Assembly (NCBI GenBank): GCA_019113645.1
Contig: DXGZ01000027.1
Span: forward strand, 11,461-75,460
DNA length: 64,000 nucleotides
Origin: Candidatus Mediterraneibacter vanvlietii
GTDB taxonomy: Bacteria > Bacillota > Clostridia > Lachnospirales > Lachnospiraceae
Direction: 5' to 3'
Within the stretch, counting starts at the first letter, position 1, and each line of letters opens with the position of its first letter. Below, in pieces: positions 40,540 to 48,825 of this stretch. The translations under genes and the position numbers were made by a program. The notes under the pieces are model-generated. The model saw only the letters and a list, made by a program, of their open reading frames with translations. It did not search any database and was not told the DNA's origin.

Positions 40540-41130
40540 ATGAATACTTTAAAAGCTGAAAAAAGAGACATGACAATTAAAGCCAAGAAACTTAGACGTG
40601 AAGGATTTGTTACCGGATGCATCTTCGGCCGGGAAATGGCAGAGTCCATCCCGCTGAAAATGGATAAGGGCGATGTAGACCGGCTCCTCAAAACAGAGGG
40701 CAAAGGCGGAAGGATCCGTCTGGAAGTAGACGGCCAGGCATACGATGCCCTGATCAAAGAAGTTGATTATAACGCAATGAAAGGCTGGGTCGATGAGATT
40801 GATTTCCAGGCGCTTGTCAGCACGGAGAAAGTTCACTCATCTGCTGAGATTCACCTGATCAACACCGATAAACTTGCTGCCGGTGTTCCGCAGCAGATGC
40901 TCCATGAAGTAGACTTCAAGGCATTGCCGTCAGCACTGGTTGAAAAGATCGAGCTTGATATCGGCGAACTGAAAGTCGGCGATACCATCCGTGTCAAAGA
41001 TCTTGACATTGCAAATGATAAAGATGTGGATCTTTCTACTGATCTTGACGCTACCGTTGTTACCATCACAGAGGTACACGCGTCATCGGCTGAGACCGCA
41101 GAGGAAACAGAGGACTCTGCTGCAGAGTAA
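40540..41130 (+). CDS. rplY: 50S ribosomal protein L25 / general stress protein Ctc
   Basis: MNTLKAEKRDMTIKAKKLRREGFV... is an L25/Ctc N-domain followed by an acidic C-terminal extension. RBS is ggagga. Confidence 0.9.
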   Translation: MNTLKAEKRDMTIKAKKLRREGFVTGCIFGREMAESIPLKMDKGDVDRLLKTEGKGGRIRLEVDGQAYDALIKEVDYNAMKGWVDEIDFQALVSTEKVHSSAEIHLINTDKLAAGVPQQMLHEVDFKALPSALVEKIELDIGELKVGDTIRVKDLDIANDKDVDLSTDLDATVVTITEVHASSAETAEETEDSAAE

Positions 41131-41191
41131 CTCTGATCCGGGAAATCGTTTTCCCGTTCGCTGCGCATAGCTGTAAAGAAAAGTTAAATTT

Positions 41192-41278
41192 AATATGCCG
41201 GCTTTCGTTTCTCCTTTGGCCCTGTTTTTATTCAGGTCTCAACAGAGCTGAACAGAGGAAGAAAGCCGGCATATTTTT
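41192..41278. terminator. long hairpin, probable bidirectional terminator between rplY and the convergent operon
   Basis: aatatgccggctttc (41192-206) pairs with gaaagccggcatatt (41261-75), followed by T5. The loop is large and partly self-complementary. Confidence 0.5.
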
Positions 41279-41295
41279 GTCAAATCTTTCTTATT

Positions 41296-43839
41296 TTATA
41301 TTCCCGTCTCAATGATAAACTTCACGTTTCCATCCATACCTTCCGCTTTTCCGCTGAATGTATCATATTTCGCATCATCCGATGTCAGCGCCTCCAGACG
41401 TTCCACGATATCGCCGAATTCCTCTTCCAATGTATATTTCAGTTTCCCGGTTCCTTCCTGTTCAAACTGATCCAGTCCGTTCGCCAGAGTCTGCGTGCCT
41501 GCCTGAAGTTCTGCGGCTCCTGCCCGCAGCGCTTCACTGTTTCCCATCAGGACCGACGCACCTTCCGACAGCTGTCCTCCCAGCATTCCCAGACCGCCGG
41601 AAAGTCTGCCGGTGCCTTCTGCCAGGACTGACGCGCCTTCTGATACGGCCGGGCTGCTGTCCTTTAATCTGGCCGCGCCTGCAAGCAGTGTATCATTAAA
41701 AGACCCCAGTCTGTCAAATCCTGTATTCAGTTCCTCCAATCCCTGTATCGCCATCGGGAAAGAATCGTCTGCAGACTGCCGCAGCACCGCCACGCTCTCC
41801 GACAGACCGCCCTGTCCTCCAATTGCAGCGTTCAGCTGCCCCATTCCGCTATTCAGAGCTTCCACCTGTCCGGACAATGTCTCCAGACTGTCTGCCGGAA
41901 GCCCTTCCACGGAATTCTGAAGTCCTTCCAGCTTCGCCTCAAGTTCCGGGATCTGTTCCTGCAGTTCTGCTGCCGATGCTGCAAATGACGCAAGGTTCTC
42001 ACGTATGGTGCCGGCAGCCTGGTTCAGAGCATCAACATCAATGCCGCTTCCGGCCTGTTCCTCTGATATTCCTTCCAGCGCTTCCATTCCCTCCAGCCCG
42101 CTGACCGCATTCTGCGCCTCTGCCAGAGCGTCAATTGATTTCTGCAGTTCTGCCGCCATATCCGGGTCTGCCGCTTCCACTTCACTTTTCCGCGCTGTCA
42201 GCGTGTCAATAGAATACCGGATCTTTGCACTGCTCTCTGCAGCAGTGCTCTTTGCCGCTGCAATCTTTTCGTTGTCCGCATTTACCGCGTGATTCAGTTC
42301 GCTGCACGATGCGAGCAGACTTGCCTGAGCGTCTGTGATTTTTTCCAGTTCTCCGGATATGCCCTCCAGCGTTCCTGCGATCTCCTGCACCGGCCGGGCA
42401 ATTCCCTGTTCAAGTCCCTGCCCCATATCCGCCGCCTCAGCCGCAAGCGTCTTTCCTGTCTGTGTCATATCCTCTATCTGAGACAGCAGCGATGCCACAG
42501 CATCCGATCCAAGCGCATTCTCCATATCCTGTGTTCCCTTTGCAAGCGCCTGCGCGGCCGCTTTTATATCTGCTCCGCCGCCCGCATCCGGTTCGCCATC
42601 CACGGCTTCATACAGCTGATCCAGCGCGCCCTGCACCTGAACCAGTCCGCTGCTCAGCGCATTCAGCCGGGATGCGCCTTCCGCCAGCTGCTCTTCTCCT
42701 GCCACATAGGACGCTACGCCATCTGAAAGTGCTTCTGCCCCTGCCGTATAGTCCTCGATTCCAAGCACAAGTGTATTTACGCCATCCACGTACTCTGTCA
42801 CCTGTCCGGACAATTCCCCGTCTGTCCCAAGATACTGGCATACAGCACTGCTCAGCTGATCCGCGCCGGCCGTATAACTGTCCACCCCCTCCGCAAACGA
42901 TTTTGCTCCGGCAAACAGTTCCGAACCACCATCTGCAAGTTCAAGCGCCGCATCCTCCAGGGCATCCAGGGCATTTTGAAGGCTGCTGATATCCGTAATC
43001 TCTTCCGGATCCAGGTCAGAAAACAGGTCGGACACCGCTGCCGTATAAGTATCCGGCACCCCAAAATCCGTCACATCTGCCGAAACTGTAAGGCTTTCCG
43101 GAATTGTCAGCCGGGCAGAATCCACAGCGAAATCCGAGAGTCCCAGACTTTCCTGCAGCCCCGGCATGGCAATCCCCACTACAAAGTTCCTGTTCCCATC
43201 TGAAATCACGCGTCCATTATCAATCTTCACATTCGTGCAGTTCTCTCCCGGCAGAATCAGACCGGTTACCATCAGAAACGGGCTGAAAACTTTCTGCTCC
43301 TTTCCTTCATTCTCCACAGTTCTGGCCGCACGGTTCGTATAGTCAAAACGAACTTCCAGATGTCCGCTCCTGCCTTCGAGTTCCTCCGGCTTCACTTCTT
43401 TTCCGTCAAGATACCACGTCAGATTCACTTCAACCGGGAGTTCTTCTTCCGTCTCCCCCTGATAATAGATATCCGCGCCTTCTGTCTCCCATACCAGACT
43501 GTCTCCATTCCTGGAAAACTTCTCATTTCCTTTTACATTTCTGATCTCCTGCAAGGAGCTTTCATCCTTTACAGATGAAATACTTCCCGCATTTTTCAGC
43601 CAGTCGGATACCGTCACTTTCTCCGTCTTTCCCGATGCATCCGCACTGACATATACGGTTTCCTCCTTGGTTATGCCTGTCTGATTCTCTGCGCTTTCTT
43701 CTGCATACACAACCAGAGCTCCGGGCGCCGCAGACTGTGCAACCGCAGCCGCTGCGGTCATGCCTGCAGCGGCTGCTGCCGCCGCGCGTTTCGTCCAGTT
43801 CCTTCTCCCTGTTCTGTTCCATTTCCGATTCTGATTCAT
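41296..43839 (-). CDS. secreted repeat protein with Leu/Gly heptad repeats (YhgE/Pip-ectodomain-like), no C-terminal TM region
   Basis: 847 aa. N-terminal GRRNWTKRAAAAAAAGMTAAAAVA is signal-like and possibly Tat-type. The central ~550 aa are A/G/E/L-rich repeats of the type LADGGSELFAGAKSFAEGVDSYTAG and LSDGVASYVAGEEQLAEGASRL. Confidence 0.55.
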   Translation of the reverse strand: MNQNRKWNRTGRRNWTKRAAAAAAAGMTAAAAVAQSAAPGALVVYAEESAENQTGITKEETVYVSADASGKTEKVTVSDWLKNAGSISSVKDESSLQEIRNVKGNEKFSRNGDSLVWETEGADIYYQGETEEELPVEVNLTWYLDGKEVKPEELEGRSGHLEVRFDYTNRAARTVENEGKEQKVFSPFLMVTGLILPGENCTNVKIDNGRVISDGNRNFVVGIAMPGLQESLGLSDFAVDSARLTIPESLTVSADVTDFGVPDTYTAAVSDLFSDLDPEEITDISSLQNALDALEDAALELADGGSELFAGAKSFAEGVDSYTAGADQLSSAVCQYLGTDGELSGQVTEYVDGVNTLVLGIEDYTAGAEALSDGVASYVAGEEQLAEGASRLNALSSGLVQVQGALDQLYEAVDGEPDAGGGADIKAAAQALAKGTQDMENALGSDAVASLLSQIEDMTQTGKTLAAEAADMGQGLEQGIARPVQEIAGTLEGISGELEKITDAQASLLASCSELNHAVNADNEKIAAAKSTAAESSAKIRYSIDTLTARKSEVEAADPDMAAELQKSIDALAEAQNAVSGLEGMEALEGISEEQAGSGIDVDALNQAAGTIRENLASFAASAAELQEQIPELEAKLEGLQNSVEGLPADSLETLSGQVEALNSGMGQLNAAIGGQGGLSESVAVLRQSADDSFPMAIQGLEELNTGFDRLGSFNDTLLAGAARLKDSSPAVSEGASVLAEGTGRLSGGLGMLGGQLSEGASVLMGNSEALRAGAAELQAGTQTLANGLDQFEQEGTGKLKYTLEEEFGDIVERLEALTSDDAKYDTFSGKAEGMDGNVKFIIETGI

Positions 43840-43856
43840 ATTCTGTCATATCCTTT

Positions 43857-45956
43857 CTAACTTTGTCTCGCTGTTTCAGCCGCACTTTGGGATTCTCCCG
43901 CAAACCCAAAAGAAGTACGGCAGATCAATGCATCAAATATCATAAACATTGCCGGCAGCACAAGAATTACAACGCACATGCTGATCAGCGCTCCGCGTGC
44001 AAGCAGAGTACATATCGAACCGATCATATCCACGTTGGAATAGCATGCCACTCCAAAGGTGGCAGCGAAAAAGCTCAGTCCGCTGCTGATGATAGAAGGC
44101 ATACTCGTCCGATGGGCGATAGCTACCGCTTCCTCCTTACTTTTCCCCCGTTTGCGCTCTTTCTGATAACGGCTGGTCATCAAAATTGCGTAATCCACCG
44201 TTGCTCCAAGCTGAATCGTCCCGATAACGATGCCTGCCACAAACGGAAGCTCCACGCCCATATAATATGGAGCCGCCATATTCACTGCAATGGCAAACTC
44301 AATCACCGCCACCAGGATAATCGGGAGCGATATGGATTTGAATACAATCAAAATGATTACAAATATCGCCGCAATAGAAATCAGATTGACCGTCTTCAGA
44401 TCCCGGTCTGTCACATCCTGCAGATCCTTCATCAGCGGTGCCTCACCGATCACCATTGTGTCGCTGTCATAAGACTTTACGATCCGGTCTATCTGCGCAA
44501 TCTGGTCATTCACCGCATCGGTGGCCGACTCATACTCTGAGCAGATAAACGCCAGCTCATAGTTGTCGCTCTGAAGCATCTCCCTGATATCTTCAGGAAT
44601 CATATCCTCCGGCACTGCCGGCCCGATCAGGGAATTCATATTTAAGCTCCACTTCACCCCGTCCACCTGCTCGATTTCTTCCATCATCTGCTGTTTTTCC
44701 AGGGGGTCCATATCTTTCCGCATCAGAACCATATGAACATTGCTCATCCCAAAATCCTCTTCCAGCTTTTCATTCGCCGTATTGCCCGGAAGAGAGTCCG
44801 GCAGCGACTGCGCGATATTATAATAAACTCCGGTCCTGCTGTTTCCGTAAATTGCAGGAATCAGAAGGACCAGAAACAGTACAAGCCAGATAAACCGGTG
44901 TTTTGTGATAAATTCCGATGCCCTGTCCATGTTGGGCAGAAACAGCCTGTGGCTCGTCCGTTCAATAGCCCGGTCACAGGTCAGCACCAGCGCAGGAAGA
45001 ATGGTCACACAGCAGAGCACACCGATTACAACACCTTTCGCCATAACGATCCCCATATCCCGCCCGAGAGCGAATGTCATGAAACAGAGCGCGATAAATC
45101 CGGCAACCGTAGTTACTGAACTTCCCACAACTGATTTAAATGTGTTGGAAACAGCATGCCCCATGGCACGCTCCTTCTCCCCCGGGAATCTTCGCTTGTT
45201 TTCCTCAAAACTGTCCAGCAGAAAAATGGAATAATCCATCGTCACACCAAGCTGCAGAATCGCGGTCAGCGCCTTTGTAATATACGAAATCTCTCCCAGG
45301 AACACATTGCTTCCCAGATTATATATAATCGCCAGGCCAATACCCAAAAGAAACAGAACCGGTACCAGAAACGATGTCGAAGTCACTTCCAGGACCAGCA
45401 GACAGCACAACACGGCGATCAGCACATATACCGGCAGTTCCTGAATACAAAGATTCTTAATATCCGTCACAATCGCTGTCATCCCGCTGATAAAGCACTG
45501 CTCGTCCGCAATCTGTCTCATCTCTTCCACCGCTCCCATAGCTTCATCCGAAGAAGTTGTATTATCAAACAGCGCAAGCATCATCGTCGCGTCGCCTCGA
45601 AAAAATGCTTCCCGCAGGTCCTTCGGAATCATTTCCACCGGAAGCGTAATATCCGCCACATCGTCATACCACAGGACATCTTTCACATGCGGAACCTGGC
45701 TGAACTTTTCTTCCAGCTTCTGTACATCCTTCAATTCCATGTCCTCCACAACAACCATGGAAAAGCCGCCCATACCGTACTCATCCACAAGAATATCCTG
45801 TCCTTCCACTGTCTCCAGCTCTTCCGGAAGATAACTGAGCAGATCATAATTAATCCTTGTCTTCGCAATGCCGATCACCGAAGGAATCACAAGCAGAGCA
45901 CCAAGGATCAGGATCAGCCTCCTGTGCCGGGCGATCCATTTTCCCACTTTAACCAA
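43857..45956 (-). CDS. MMPL family (RND superfamily) transporter
   Basis: 699 aa with two 6-TM bundles and large loops in an MMPL-like pattern. TTG start with aaggag RBS. Confidence 0.8.
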   Translation of the reverse strand: MVKVGKWIARHRRLILILGALLVIPSVIGIAKTRINYDLLSYLPEELETVEGQDILVDEYGMGGFSMVVVEDMELKDVQKLEEKFSQVPHVKDVLWYDDVADITLPVEMIPKDLREAFFRGDATMMLALFDNTTSSDEAMGAVEEMRQIADEQCFISGMTAIVTDIKNLCIQELPVYVLIAVLCCLLVLEVTSTSFLVPVLFLLGIGLAIIYNLGSNVFLGEISYITKALTAILQLGVTMDYSIFLLDSFEENKRRFPGEKERAMGHAVSNTFKSVVGSSVTTVAGFIALCFMTFALGRDMGIVMAKGVVIGVLCCVTILPALVLTCDRAIERTSHRLFLPNMDRASEFITKHRFIWLVLFLVLLIPAIYGNSRTGVYYNIAQSLPDSLPGNTANEKLEEDFGMSNVHMVLMRKDMDPLEKQQMMEEIEQVDGVKWSLNMNSLIGPAVPEDMIPEDIREMLQSDNYELAFICSEYESATDAVNDQIAQIDRIVKSYDSDTMVIGEAPLMKDLQDVTDRDLKTVNLISIAAIFVIILIVFKSISLPIILVAVIEFAIAVNMAAPYYMGVELPFVAGIVIGTIQLGATVDYAILMTSRYQKERKRGKSKEEAVAIAHRTSMPSIISSGLSFFAATFGVACYSNVDMIGSICTLLARGALISMCVVILVLPAMFMIFDALICRTSFGFAGESQSAAETARQS

Positions 45957-46003
45957 AAAATCATCTCCTTATCCTTTTATCTGCTCACAATATATCTAAA
46001 AAA

Positions 46004-46016
46004 TGACTAATAGTCA
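46004..46016. promoter_or_regulatory. perfect 13-bp palindrome TGACTAATAGTCA, candidate TetR operator in the divergent intergenic region
   Basis: It lies between the MMPL start (45956) and the TetR start (46134). A second gtca-N6-tgac inverted repeat lies ~40 bp downstream. Confidence 0.35.
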
Positions 46017-46133
46017 ATAATTTAGTGCGCAAAAATGAACTTTGGTCATTTTGTTGACTTTTTTCCGGAAAAACGGCATAATAATTATAAAAATAGCATC
46101 GTAATTAAATTCATACAGGCGGGAGAATCATAT

Positions 46134-46739
46134 ATGGGAAAAGTAGAAGAAAATAAAAAGCAGAAAAAAAACACGCTCTTTCAGACCGCGTTCAAACTGT
46201 TTACGGAAAAAGGCTTCGCCAGAACAACCATCTCGGATATCGTAAATGAAGCAGGTCTGGCAAAAGGAACTTTTTACCTGTATTTTAAAGATAAATATGA
46301 TCTGAGAGACAAACTGATCACCGATAAGGCCGAACAGCTTTTCAGTGACGCCTACCTTGCTCTCGAAGAAAAAGACGGCGAAGTAAAAAATTTTGAGGAA
46401 GAAATGATTTTCATCACAGATTATATTATACAGCGTTTTCAGAATGACCACACACTGATGCAGTTTGTTGCGAAGAACCTGTCCTGGGGCATATTTAAGG
46501 ACGCCGTCTCCAACACGGATCTCCTGTCAGCCACTCAGTTCTACAAACATTACCTTCAATCGCTGGAACAGTATCATATACAGTGCCGTTCCCCCGAACT
46601 TCTGCTCTTTACAATTATTGAACTGACCGGATCAACCAGTTACAACTGCATCCTTCTTGGTCAGCCTGTCAGCATGGAAGAATATCTCCCCTACCTTCAC
46701 GCATCAATGCGGCAGATATTAAAGGTGTTTATTGAATAG
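46134..46739 (+). CDS. TetR/AcrR family transcriptional regulator
   Basis: TLFQTAFKLFTEKGFARTTISDIVNEAGLAKGTFYLYFKDKYDL is a TetR HTH. I chose the ATG at 46134. It is divergent from the MMPL gene. Confidence 0.85.
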   Translation: MGKVEENKKQKKNTLFQTAFKLFTEKGFARTTISDIVNEAGLAKGTFYLYFKDKYDLRDKLITDKAEQLFSDAYLALEEKDGEVKNFEEEMIFITDYIIQRFQNDHTLMQFVAKNLSWGIFKDAVSNTDLLSATQFYKHYLQSLEQYHIQCRSPELLLFTIIELTGSTSYNCILLGQPVSMEEYLPYLHASMRQILKVFIE

Positions 46740-46750
46740 GGAATAACAGA

Positions 46751-46990
46751 TGTTAAGAAAATCTACGGTTTTCTTTCATCTCCAGTTTATAAATTTCCCG
46801 TTTCTTTTATTCTTTCATCATACTTTGTCCACAATTACCGTCTATACTTAACATCAGATAGTTGATAAACAACTATCTTCCCCCTCATAAAGTTCAGACG
46901 CCAGAAGGCGTCGCACTTTACTCTCATTCCTTTAGATAACTATAAAACAACGAAACCCGTCAGACTTGCGGCTGACGGGTTTTCGCTGTT
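46751..46990 (+). repeat. ~240-bp direct repeat R1 (left flank of the HipA-like cassette)
   Basis: Alignable by eye over its whole length to 48576-48818. It contains three hairpins, including the terminator-like acccgtcag/ctgacgggt. Confidence 0.85.
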
Positions 46991-47022
46991 TATGGCCGTG
47001 TAATGAAATCTGCCATTGTATA

Positions 47023-47856
47023 TTACACAGTCTCAGTTTTTCGAAATAAATAGGAATATGTCCGCCGCTGCTGAAGAAGAACTTCTTTTATCCGAACTTT
47101 TATATCATCCGGGTAATACTCTTCTTTCGCCAGCAATTCGTTTATGATTCCTTCATCGTAGGTAAAATAAAGATTCTGACCATACAGATCCTCTGCCACA
47201 TCAAGTTGTTCCATAAAATCTGAACTCAATGTTTTCGCCTTCACCTGAGGAATCAGGCTGATAATATCCTCCCCCATTGGATAATCTGCTGTCGTATCCG
47301 AAAGGAGTGCGCTTCCATTATCAAACACCGGGCAATAATGATACCTGCCGGCATCATCATACAGGACAGCGATGTTATGCATATGTCTGTCCTCGTTGAG
47401 AAACAGCGCATCAATTGTCAGAAGTCTGCTTAAATAAGGTCCAAATTCTTTCAGCCCCGTCATCAGTTCAACCTGTTCAACCAGAAAACGGGCGCGTTCT
47501 TCAACTCCCTCTATTCGATAAAGACTTTGATAAAGGCTCTGTCCATAGAGATTCTTAAACAAACGTTCCAACGTAATAAGCTGCCATCCGTCCGGCAGGA
47601 AATTCAGGCTTTTACACCCGCGGTACAATGCTTTTTTATATCCGATTTCTTCTGTCTGATATTGAATAAATTCCATATTCTTCAGATTAGAATACGATAA
47701 AAGCCCGGATACCATATATTCCGCCAGCCCCTCATAGCCTGTATAATCAGCTTTATACCAGATGCCATTCCGTTCCCACTTAAACTGATTTCCTTTTGAT
47801 GATTGCATCGGTGAATTTTTCATATACGTATCATCCAGCCGGATCATTCCTGTCAC
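47023..47856 (-). CDS. short HipA-like serine/threonine kinase (HipA C-terminal domain only), putative toxin
   Basis: 277 aa. LNEDRHMHN matches the HipA catalytic-loop pattern N-x-D-[DR]-H-x-x-N, and PVFDNGSAL is the Mg-binding-type motif. It overlaps the upstream HTH gene by 4 nt. Confidence 0.75.
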   Translation of the reverse strand: MTGMIRLDDTYMKNSPMQSSKGNQFKWERNGIWYKADYTGYEGLAEYMVSGLLSYSNLKNMEFIQYQTEEIGYKKALYRGCKSLNFLPDGWQLITLERLFKNLYGQSLYQSLYRIEGVEERARFLVEQVELMTGLKEFGPYLSRLLTIDALFLNEDRHMHNIAVLYDDAGRYHYCPVFDNGSALLSDTTADYPMGEDIISLIPQVKAKTLSSDFMEQLDVAEDLYGQNLYFTYDEGIINELLAKEEYYPDDIKVRIKEVLLQQRRTYSYLFRKTETV

Positions 47857-48392
47857 CTCTCAATCTTAAGCCAGAAACTGTCCTCCGCCATTCGCCCTTC
47901 CGTTTTCTGGACAATCAGAAACGGATCGTAAAACGGAAGATTCAATTCGTTCAATATAATTTTCATTTTATCGCGGCTTCTTGGAAAACAGCGAGATTCC
48001 AGAAATTCCTCATAATCCTTATAGGACGGATGCTCATTTCTTCCAAAAGCACGAAAAGCAGGATCCATTGTAAAATTCTTGATCTTCACCCGCTGTTCGC
48101 GATCATCCACATCCATAACGGTACACAGCCGCTCCTCATACATGTACCTGATTCGAAGCGGAAACGTGCGCTCAGGAATTTCCAGTTCCTCCACCAGCCA
48201 GCTGCGCTCTCTGAGAATATCGAGCATCACCGCCGCAGTCCCCTTCGCGCACCCGCCGCTCCCTTCCCAATGAGCTATGGTTTTCACGGATACATTCATT
48301 AATTCTGCCAGTTCTTTCTGTTTTAATTTTAACATCTTCCGAATCCGTTTTACCTCGGCTGCAGATAATGTTTTTTGCAGAGCAAACTCCAT
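47853..48392 (-). CDS. XRE-family HTH protein with a ~110-aa C-terminal extension, putative antitoxin partner
   Basis: IRKMLKLKQKELAELMNVSVKTIAHWE is an XRE-type HTH. I do not recognise the C-terminal half. Confidence 0.75.
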   Translation of the reverse strand: MEFALQKTLSAAEVKRIRKMLKLKQKELAELMNVSVKTIAHWEGSGGCAKGTAAVMLDILRERSWLVEELEIPERTFPLRIRYMYEERLCTVMDVDDREQRVKIKNFTMDPAFRAFGRNEHPSYKDYEEFLESRCFPRSRDKMKIILNELNLPFYDPFLIVQKTEGRMAEDSFWLKIER

Positions 48393-48419
48393 ATTTTCAC
48401 CATCCGTTCTGTAATTTTA

Positions 48420-48455
48420 GTAACAGTTCAACCATGACGCGAGCTGAACTGTTAC
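48420..48455 (-). promoter_or_regulatory. perfect 11-bp inverted repeat GTAACAGTTCA-N14-TGAACTGTTAC in the leader of the HTH/kinase operon (candidate operator)
   Basis: It lies between the candidate promoter and the start codon at 48392. On the plus strand it would also fold as a hairpin followed by T6. Confidence 0.45.
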
Positions 48456-48484
48456 GTTTTTTATATTGCAGAAACTTTTTTATT

Positions 48485-48512
48485 AGTATATCATGCAAAC
48501 CACTAAAATCAA
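48485..48512 (-). promoter_or_regulatory. candidate sigma-A promoter of the HTH/HipA-like operon
   Basis: The minus strand reads TTGATT, a 16-nt spacer ending in TG, then TATACT. Confidence 0.5.
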
Positions 48513-48575
48513 GTAATTTTTTATTATTTTACTACTAATTTTTAGTATTTTTCAGTTATTTATCGCTTATCTCAT

Positions 48576-48818
48576 TGTTCTTAAGACAATCTATCATTTT
48601 CTTTCATCCCCAGTTTATAATTTTCCCATTTCTTTTATTCTTTCATCATACTTTGTCCACATTTTCCGTTTATACTTTACGTCAGATAGTTGATAAACAA
48701 CTATCTTCCCCCTCATAAAGTTCAGGCGCAATGAAGCGCCGCACTTTACTCTCATTCCTTTTAGATAACTATAAACAACGAAACCCGTCAGACTTGCGGC
48801 TGACGGGTTTTCGCTGTT
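48576..48818 (+). repeat. ~240-bp direct repeat R2 (right flank of the HipA-like cassette)
   Basis: Same orientation as R1, starting 1825 bp downstream of the R1 start. It has the same three hairpins, with a compensatory change in the middle one. Confidence 0.85.
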
Positions 48819-48825
48819 AAAAATT

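Noticed and set aside
41358-43578. Many 70-175-aa ORFs on both strands inside the 847-aa repeat-protein gene
   Set aside because: They are artefacts of a GC-rich, repetitive coding region. Only the 847-aa frame has a signal peptide, an RBS and a coherent repeat structure.
46855-46910. Small ORF (MRGKIVVYQLSDVKY...) on the minus strand inside repeats R1 and R2
   Set aside because: There is no Shine-Dalgarno sequence upstream. The frame ends after 17 codons in R1 but runs 33 codons in R2, so it is not conserved as a coding sequence.
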